From NCBI GenBank assembly GCA_026648125.1, contig JAPKGD010000001.1:1-24600 (forward strand): a stretch of 24,600 nt of DNA, given 5' to 3'. How positions within the stretch are numbered: position 1 is the first letter of the stretch; each line of letters opens with the position of its first letter. Below the pieces are notes generated by a model that was given only the letters and a program-made list of their open reading frames with translations, was not told the origin of the DNA and searched no databases. Made by a program: the position numbers and the translations under genes. Shown here piece after piece: positions 16,723 to 23,152 of the stretch. The DNA comes from Bdellovibrionales bacterium (GTDB lineage: Bacteria; Bdellovibrionota; Bdellovibrionia; Bdellovibrionales; UBA1609).

Positions 16723-17310
16723 ATGAATACACCTGTAAAATTAACCGCATCAAAGTTGCCGAAAATATTGAGTGATTTGTCTCACTCGAACCAATTTCTA
16801 AAAGTGTTTTCGCTTTCGTGTCTCTGCGTCTTGTTGCTGACCATAGTGGCTGTGCTGGTTCTTTCCAGCAAAGCTCCGGTTGTTCTAACGCTGACGCCTG
16901 AGGGAAACCGGCTTGAAGCGGCGACACCGCCGAAAGCTGAAGATGAAATTAAAGCCGCTATCGAGCGGTATCTTGATCGTCGCTATAAGTGGGAACCGGA
17001 AAATGTGAAACAACGCCTTTTTGAATCGGAAGCATTTGTTTTGCCTGGCAGTAGACGCGCCTTTCAGGGGGCCATCGCCAACGTCATTCGGTTTTCCACG
17101 GAAAAAAGCGTCTCGCAACGAGTTTACCCGGACAAGATCATAGTGAGCCTTGAGAAGAAAGCCGCGCTCATCTCCGGGGATCGCGTGACCGTGATCCAAG
17201 GGCTTAAAGCAGCGGGAAATCTGCGGCTTGAACTGAGCTTCGAGAGTGGTCCGCGCACGAGAGAAAATCCGTGGGGAATCTATATCACCAAAGAAAGAGA
17301 GGAAATGTGA
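16723..17310 (+). CDS. VirB8/TrbF-like protein
   Basis: One N-terminal TM followed by PVVLTL, an NTF2-like helical/beta pattern, and a C-terminal RTRENPWGIYI typical of VirB8. Confidence 0.8.
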   Translation: MNTPVKLTASKLPKILSDLSHSNQFLKVFSLSCLCVLLLTIVAVLVLSSKAPVVLTLTPEGNRLEAATPPKAEDEIKAAIERYLDRRYKWEPENVKQRLFESEAFVLPGSRRAFQGAIANVIRFSTEKSVSQRVYPDKIIVSLEKKAALISGDRVTVIQGLKAAGNLRLELSFESGPRTRENPWGIYITKEREEM

Positions 17311-18020
17311 TGAATTTCATCATCGCAGCGATCCTGGTGCTCTCTTCGGCGAGCGCGAGTGCGGACACCCGCGTGAGGAAAATCGCGGTGCAAAATGACC
17401 AAATTGTAACGGTCAAAACGGCGCTTGGAATTGCCACGATGATCCAGGTGCCCGATCGACCCAATAGCGTCGTGGTTGGCGACCAAGAATCCTTTAAAGT
17501 GGAGTATCTCGACCAAGCCATCACGATCAAGCCCCTACACTCAGGAGCAAGAAGCAATCTCTACGTCTATACGGACTACCAACGCTACAACGTGCAGATT
17601 GTAACCGGAAGCGAGAGCACCGCGGATTATGTGGTGTATCTGGAACATCCAAAACCAAGGGAACAAAAATCTTCCCTAGTGTGGATGACATTTCGTAATC
17701 ACCTGAAAAATGAAGACCTGATGCTGGAAGTGAAACGCCTTGGACGGGCGAAAGATGGCGTCTTGATCGTGGAGTTTCGCGTTTCCGGCGTGAAGCGAGA
17801 ACCACTGAAGCCCGAATGGATTTGGCTCACGCAAAACGGCACGAGTAGGCCCATCCACAATCTGTTTCTCTCAAACCTCGAAGTTCGGCCTAGAAACGAT
17901 GCAGAGGGTTTTATGCAAATCATGCGGAAAGACGTTGATCCGAATGAACCGCTACGAATCGAACTGCGAAGAAAGAAGGATTCCTATCTCACAATACCCA
18001 AGGTGAACGCATGGAAGTGA
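17310..18020 (+). CDS. virB9: VirB9/TrbG-family outer-membrane core protein
   Basis: TGATG coupling at 17308-17312, signal peptide, and VKTALGIATMIQV...VVGD...ITIKP...SNLYVYTD..RY. Confidence 0.8.
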   Translation: MNFIIAAILVLSSASASADTRVRKIAVQNDQIVTVKTALGIATMIQVPDRPNSVVVGDQESFKVEYLDQAITIKPLHSGARSNLYVYTDYQRYNVQIVTGSESTADYVVYLEHPKPREQKSSLVWMTFRNHLKNEDLMLEVKRLGRAKDGVLIVEFRVSGVKREPLKPEWIWLTQNGTSRPIHNLFLSNLEVRPRNDAEGFMQIMRKDVDPNEPLRIELRRKKDSYLTIPKVNAWK

Positions 18021-18961
18021 TAAAAAGCCAGCTTTCAAAGTTGCTCTTGAAAGACGCGCTTCCTCTCACGAAGAAGCGCGATGTGAATTGGTCGGTGCTG
18101 AAAAAATTCGCGGGAATCGGAATCGGTATTGCGATTCTAACCGTCCTTCTTTTACCAGCTCCAAAGGAAGAACAGACGGTTTTTCATGAGACAAACCAAG
18201 GCGGAGGTTCCCGTGCCTCGGTAGAGAACAATCCCACGCAAGACACTTTGGCGCAGCTCCAATCGGCGCGAATGAATACCGCAGCGGTTCCGAATTCGCT
18301 GGACCCACTCTATATGGGTGGCGGTGCGAGTGGGTCTATGCGCGATCGAAATAGCAGTATGATCCTGACCCGCGGCGGAGTTGACTCCAGAACACAGCTC
18401 CCACCAGGCAGCCGCATTCTTGTGCGACTTGTACAAGGAGCAACCGTGGCAAATCAGGCTATGCCTGTTATTGCCGTGGTCGCAAAGGATGTCGTGCAGG
18501 AGGACAACCTAGTTATTCCCAAGGATTCAAAACTCTTTGGTGATGTTTCCTTCGACGATGGCTCGGAGCGAGCGCAAGTGAGCTGGAAGTCGCTCCAGTT
18601 TCCCGATGGACGCGAGCGCCAGTTCTCCGCCATCGGCGTCGCTTCCGACGGACAAGTCGGAGTGAACGGGAAAATCCACTCCGATGCGCTAAAAAATACG
18701 GTTGGACAAACCCTTACGCGATTCATCGGCGCCTATGCCGAAGGCTCCATGCAACGGGGTTCTTTTGGAGCGAACGAAGGAGGCCGCGACAACGGATTTA
18801 AGAACGCCATCGCGGAAACCGCGAAAGATCGCGCTGAAGCATGGGCTGAGGATATGAAGAAGGAGAGAAAATGGATCGAACTTCGAGCTGGCGACGAGTT
18901 CTTCGCGGTCGTGACCCAGCCCTTCACCTTCCGCGATCCAGGGGCGACCTATGGCCGATAA
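18011..18961 (+). CDS. virB10: VirB10/TrbI-family core protein
   Basis: N-terminal TM, a low-complexity linker, then LPPGSRILVRL...VIPKDSKLFG...RAQVSWKSLQFPDG and the C-terminal LRAGDEFFAVV beta-barrel pattern. Confidence 0.85.
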   Translation: MEVIKSQLSKLLLKDALPLTKKRDVNWSVLKKFAGIGIGIAILTVLLLPAPKEEQTVFHETNQGGGSRASVENNPTQDTLAQLQSARMNTAAVPNSLDPLYMGGGASGSMRDRNSSMILTRGGVDSRTQLPPGSRILVRLVQGATVANQAMPVIAVVAKDVVQEDNLVIPKDSKLFGDVSFDDGSERAQVSWKSLQFPDGRERQFSAIGVASDGQVGVNGKIHSDALKNTVGQTLTRFIGAYAEGSMQRGSFGANEGGRDNGFKNAIAETAKDRAEAWAEDMKKERKWIELRAGDEFFAVVTQPFTFRDPGATYGR

Positions 18962-20546
18962 AAATCCTGGCGGCGACAACCACCAATTCGTGTATCTCGC
19001 GGGCCTCCTCTTCACGCTTCTGCTTCTAAACCGCTTTGAGGCGTGGTTTTCAGTTTGGATTTCGCGAGGTGAAAATCAAATGCTCCTTACGGGTTCAATT
19101 GGCGTACTCTCGGCGGCCTTTTGTTATTGGGCGGCGCAAAAGCGAAAGACCATGATGAAGAAAAAAGAGCGCGAGGCCGCGGTGATCGGGAACGCCGATC
19201 ATGCAGTCTATTGCGGAAATACGAAAGAAGGAGACCCGGTACACATTAAGCCGCGCCAACGGGCGATGCACACACAAGTCATTGGGACGACGAACGCTGG
19301 AAAAACGGAGTCGGTCATTCTGCCTTGGGCGATCCAAGACATCGAACAAGGCAGAGGGTTGATCCTGATTGACGGAAAATCAGACAGGAGCCTCCTCGAC
19401 AAGCTGTGGGCTTATACGGTGAAAGCCGGAAGGGAAAAGGATTTTCGTCTCTTCTCTTTGAGTAATATCAGCGAATCGCACCAGTTCAACCCATTGATCG
19501 GCGGAACGCCGGAGGAAATTTCAGAACGGGTCTTCAATGCCTTCGACTTTGAGAATCCTTACTACCGAAGTCTGCAATACGAGGTCTTTTCGCAAGTCAT
19601 GCGGATTTTCGACGGGGCCGGCAGGGTTCCAACCTTTCTTCGCATCCATCAAGCGATCACGACGCCGGAACTCCTGGTGTCGATGACCGCGAGCTGCGAA
19701 GAGATGGGACTCAGAGAATGGGCCGAGTATTTCCGCGACCTACCGGAGAAAGATCGGATTCAGAGGACAAGCGGCCTCACAGCCGCCATCAGTCATTTTG
19801 CGTTCGGCAAAACGGCGCTGTTATTCAACACGGAAAGTCCGGCCATCACAATTGAAAATGCCTTGCTGGAAAATAGGATCATTTACTTTCAGTTGCCCGT
19901 GCTGCTATCGCCGTTCCTCGGGAAAGCCGCTGGAAAGATGATTCTCCAGTGTTTGCAAAGCACCGTTGCCAATCGTCACAGAGGAAAGAATAGAACGCCG
20001 GATTTCTATTCCGTCTTTCTGGATGACTTTTCCGAGTATCTGTATCCCGGATTCGTTTCGATCCTGAATAAGTCGCGAAGCGCCAACGTGGGGGTCGTAT
20101 TCGCCCATCAGGCGCTCGGAGACATCAAAACACTTGGCGATGCTATCGCCAATTCCATTCTGACCAACGCGAATATCAAGGTCTTCATGCGTGGGAACGA
20201 TCCCGAGTCCGCCGAATACTTTTCCAAAGTAATCGGCACTGTGAAAGCCATGAAGTACACCGAGCGCACGAAGAAAGGGCTTTGGAAGAAGGAGCAGACT
20301 GGTGAGGCATCAGCCCGTGAAGTGGATGAATTCATTGTTCACCCCAACCGATTCAAGCGCGAGCTTGGCGTGGGCGAGGCTGTGATGATCGTTCCTCACG
20401 AATCTGGAAGCCGAGCTCTCAATATCAAATTTTATAAATACGACGACCTAGCCCCTGTGACGATCCCCGCCGTTGAGAAGTACGCAGCGGGCAAGCTCAC
20501 GGCGGAAAACTCTCAAAACCAAACTACCTCAAAGGAGGCCGCATGA
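18951..20546 (+). CDS. virD4: VirD4/TraD-type coupling protein (T4CP)
   Basis: Two N-terminal TMs, Walker A GTTNAGKT, LILIDGKSD, Walker B-like VFLDDF and KSRSANVGVVFAHQALGD. Confidence 0.92.
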   Translation: MADKNPGGDNHQFVYLAGLLFTLLLLNRFEAWFSVWISRGENQMLLTGSIGVLSAAFCYWAAQKRKTMMKKKEREAAVIGNADHAVYCGNTKEGDPVHIKPRQRAMHTQVIGTTNAGKTESVILPWAIQDIEQGRGLILIDGKSDRSLLDKLWAYTVKAGREKDFRLFSLSNISESHQFNPLIGGTPEEISERVFNAFDFENPYYRSLQYEVFSQVMRIFDGAGRVPTFLRIHQAITTPELLVSMTASCEEMGLREWAEYFRDLPEKDRIQRTSGLTAAISHFAFGKTALLFNTESPAITIENALLENRIIYFQLPVLLSPFLGKAAGKMILQCLQSTVANRHRGKNRTPDFYSVFLDDFSEYLYPGFVSILNKSRSANVGVVFAHQALGDIKTLGDAIANSILTNANIKVFMRGNDPESAEYFSKVIGTVKAMKYTERTKKGLWKKEQTGEASAREVDEFIVHPNRFKRELGVGEAVMIVPHESGSRALNIKFYKYDDLAPVTIPAVEKYAAGKLTAENSQNQTTSKEAA

Positions 20547-20977
20547 ATAAAGCGACCTTTTGTTATTTTGTTCCACTTGTCGCGCTTACCCTGGCTGCCG
20601 CCGGATGCGCGACGCAATCGAAGAGCATTGGTCTGGGCGGAGCCATTGGTGCCGGAGGCGGCGCTGTCCTTGGTGGCATCGCCGATCCTGGAAAAAACGG
20701 AGAATACCGGACAAGAAACGTGATCGTGGGAAGCGCCCTTGGCGGCATGGCTGGAATGATTGCTGGTTCCGTGATTCACGAGAATACGGAAAAGCAAAAG
20801 CAGGAAGCCTTTAAGCGTGGGCAATCTTCTCCTGCCAAACAACCCGGCTCGATGCCTAATCTCAAAGATCCCAAAGTAGATGCCCGATGGGTTGATGGGC
20901 GCATTGTCGGAAATCGCTATGTCGAAGGCCATTGGGAGTACGTGATCGTGGAGCCCGCGCGCTGGGAGGAAAACTGA
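20543..20977 (+). CDS. Glycine-zipper lipoprotein
   Basis: Lipobox AAG-C and GxxxG repeats (GLGGAIGAGGGAVLGG; GSALGGMAGMIAG). Coupled to virD4 by ATGA and to the relaxase by TGATG. Confidence 0.8.
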   Translation: MNKATFCYFVPLVALTLAAAGCATQSKSIGLGGAIGAGGGAVLGGIADPGKNGEYRTRNVIVGSALGGMAGMIAGSVIHENTEKQKQEAFKRGQSSPAKQPGSMPNLKDPKVDARWVDGRIVGNRYVEGHWEYVIVEPARWEEN

Positions 20978-21711
20978 TGGCAAGGCATGAGTTTCCCGCT
21001 CGCGCACTACAGATCGCAGCGAAAGCCGGTTTCATCACGAAAGAATTATGGCGAGATCATGTATTTGGCGAAGTGCCGAAATCAGAGAGCGGTAAGCGAC
21101 GATACCACTGGGCCTGGAAAAGTCTTATGCAAAGGGGCTATCTCCGGCCACACCCGAACCGCCATCTCTCGAACGTTTTGATCCTGGGGCACAAAAAACT
21201 CGGGATCATTCGCGAGCAATTCGGCGCGGCCTCGCGCAGTCCCTATGAAAGCCAGTTCCACCACGACGAGCTGCTTTTGCATGGTGTGTTGCAAGCCGAG
21301 CAAGCTGGACTTCTTCGCCACTGGACTCTCGAATCGGAGCTGAAATCGAACGAGCGGGACGAATTTAAGCTCACGAGCCAGGGTAAGGGACTTAAATACC
21401 CCGACGCGATTCTCTATCTTCTGAGCCGCAAGATGGCGGTGGAAATGGAACTGACGCTCAAAAACCGAAAGCGCTACAAGCAGATCATCGGAGCCTATGA
21501 ATTTTTGAAAGACCTGCCAGTGATCCTGTTCGTGACGGCGACGCCGGCCATCGAGAGAGCCATCCGAGAGACGATCAAAGACAACCCTGCGGCGTTTGCG
21601 AGTGCACGCTTTGGATTCATGTCGCTCGATGAATGGCGAAAGAGTCCCGTAGATGGGGAAATCATCTGGAATAACGAACGTACCACGCTCAGAAAAATCG
21701 CTGCGAATTGA
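20977..21711 (+). CDS. MOBC-type (Replic_Relax / PD-(D/E)xK-like) relaxase
   Basis: Winged-helix-like N-terminus, FHHDELL, and the motif D-x12-E-x-E-L-x2-K-x3-R-Y (21403-21477), which fits the MOBC consensus. It lies just after the T4CP; ATG 20977. Confidence 0.8.
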   Translation: MARHEFPARALQIAAKAGFITKELWRDHVFGEVPKSESGKRRYHWAWKSLMQRGYLRPHPNRHLSNVLILGHKKLGIIREQFGAASRSPYESQFHHDELLLHGVLQAEQAGLLRHWTLESELKSNERDEFKLTSQGKGLKYPDAILYLLSRKMAVEMELTLKNRKRYKQIIGAYEFLKDLPVILFVTATPAIERAIRETIKDNPAAFASARFGFMSLDEWRKSPVDGEIIWNNERTTLRKIAAN

Positions 21712-21724
21712 AAGCGAAAAACCA

Positions 21725-21921
21725 TATCTCACTCGTATCTCGCTAGTGAGATACACGGCGAATGCTGATAGGAGCTAGAGAACCAGCAAATAGCTGAATT
21801 TAATACAAACACCGCTGCCGCCGCCCCTTGCCACTCCCCCGAGTCGCTGCTGACCCCTCCCTCTCCACGATGTTTCGATGTAGGGGTCAGCAGCTGGTGA
21901 CTGGACAAGGGGCGACGGCGG
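21725..21921. promoter_or_regulatory. Candidate oriT / structured intergenic region
   Basis: A 9-bp IR (21725-21733/21745-21753), a 20-bp near-palindrome (21735-21754), a perfect 13-bp IR (21846-21858/21882-21894) and an outer 16-bp IR (21815-21830/21906-21921), next to the relaxase. Confidence 0.55.
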
Positions 21922-21937
21922 AATACCAAGGAGAAAT

Positions 21938-22339
21938 ATGGAAGAACAAAATCTAGATACCAAAGAATTAAAGACAGAAGAAATACACAGGATCACTGTC
22001 TCAAAGGCAGCAGAGGAAGCATTGTCGGCGATTATGGAACGAGTGAATGACGGGTTCGACGGCGGCAAAATCAATCGTATGCAAGTAGCCAACTGGATCA
22101 TACTGCGATTTAGCGACAGTTACGGTGATTCAGAGATCAAAGATATTCGGGCCGAGAACTTTGACGAAGTCGCCGTTCTCGAAGCGATTTTGCGCAGAGC
22201 AAAGAAGAACGGAAAAGTTCCCTTGGAAATTAAGGCCCTACTGCAAAAGCAGCTTGGCTTTGAGGAACCGCCAAAAAAGCGTAAAAAGTCCTTGCCAGAC
22301 AATATCATCAATGATGATATGGAGAGCAACGGAGTATAA
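21938..22339 (+). CDS. Hypothetical protein, possible ribbon-helix-helix relaxosome accessory factor
   Basis: RBS AAGGAG. HRITVSKAAEEALSAIMERV...KINRMQVANWIILRF has the strand-helix-helix pattern of RHH proteins; basic C-terminal tail. Confidence 0.65.
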   Translation: MEEQNLDTKELKTEEIHRITVSKAAEEALSAIMERVNDGFDGGKINRMQVANWIILRFSDSYGDSEIKDIRAENFDEVAVLEAILRRAKKNGKVPLEIKALLQKQLGFEEPPKKRKKSLPDNIINDDMESNGV

Positions 22340-22342
22340 GGA

Positions 22343-22687
22343 ATGGCTTTGCCTCAGCTTACGAAGAAGCAGATTGAAAAGACGCTGGCGGAGTATTGCG
22401 ACAGCCGCGTACCGAAGCATATTCGTCACCAGCTGCGGCTCGAATTTGCTTTCCGTGGGAATACTGTTTCCATCTATGAGGTGCGCCCGGTGTGGGACGA
22501 CCCAACTCGATTTACCGAAGGTCCCGTCGCACAGTTCCGCTTCGACCCGAAGGCCAAGACATGGACACTCTACTGGCGCGACCGTAATTTGAAGTGGCAT
22601 GTGTACGACAGGAAGAAGCCGTCGCGCACATTTGATTCGCTTTTAAAGGAAGTAGATGCAGACCCAACTGGAATTTTTTGGGGCTGA
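22343..22687 (+). CDS. DUF3024-family protein
   Basis: RVPKHIRHQLRLEF..RGNTVSIYEVRP.W...PVAQFR......WTLYWRDRNLKWH.Y...LLKEVDADPTGIFWG is the characteristic family pattern. Confidence 0.85.
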   Translation: MALPQLTKKQIEKTLAEYCDSRVPKHIRHQLRLEFAFRGNTVSIYEVRPVWDDPTRFTEGPVAQFRFDPKAKTWTLYWRDRNLKWHVYDRKKPSRTFDSLLKEVDADPTGIFWG

Positions 22688-22701
22688 GGCTGGCAGCAAT
22701 T

Positions 22702-22926
22702 ATGAAAGGCGAAGAAGTTAAACGCATTCGAGAGAAACTAGAAATGAACCGCAACGACCTTGCGGAGCTTCTTTGCTTGGCTGGCTATCAGAGTATGATG
22801 AACATTGAAACAGATTTTAGGAGGCCAGCAAAGCTGGCCGTCCGACTGCTTCGTTATTTGGACTCGCTTCCAAAATCGAAGGCTATGGTTTTGATCGAGG
22901 AGCTTAAACGCCATGACTCTCGTTAG
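22702..22926 (+). CDS. Xre/Cro-type helix-turn-helix protein
   Basis: EVKRIREKLEMNRNDLAELL...SMMNIET..RRP; ATG 22702. Confidence 0.8.
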   Translation: MKGEEVKRIREKLEMNRNDLAELLCLAGYQSMMNIETDFRRPAKLAVRLLRYLDSLPKSKAMVLIEELKRHDSR

Positions 22927-22951
22927 AGTTTTACAAATTTGGAGTTTGTCT

Positions 22952-23152
22952 ATGGCAAAGCGGCTCTCTTCTCGTGCCATAAAATGCATGGATCAACTTC
23001 CGCCGATACAACTTATTCCGATTTCTTCGGTTGAAGGTACTGACATTCTGAGAGTGAAAGAAATTGAAAATCTCGTCGCCCAAATTGTCCTCATTGGGCA
23101 AAAACGCGGGCGACCTTCTCGCAAAGAGGAGGAAACAAAAGATGCCGCATAA
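22952..23152 (+). CDS. Small basic protein overlapping the recombinase start
   Basis: ATG 22952 after GGAG (alternative start 22913). Contains KRGRPSRK, and its stop overlaps the recombinase 5' end by 11 bp. Confidence 0.6.
   Translation: MAKRLSSRAIKCMDQLPPIQLIPISSVEGTDILRVKEIENLVAQIVLIGQKRGRPSRKEEETKDAA

Noticed and set aside
21082-21756. 224-aa antisense ORF over the relaxase
   Set aside because: No motifs and no RBS; the sense-strand MOBC gene is translationally coupled and explains the region.
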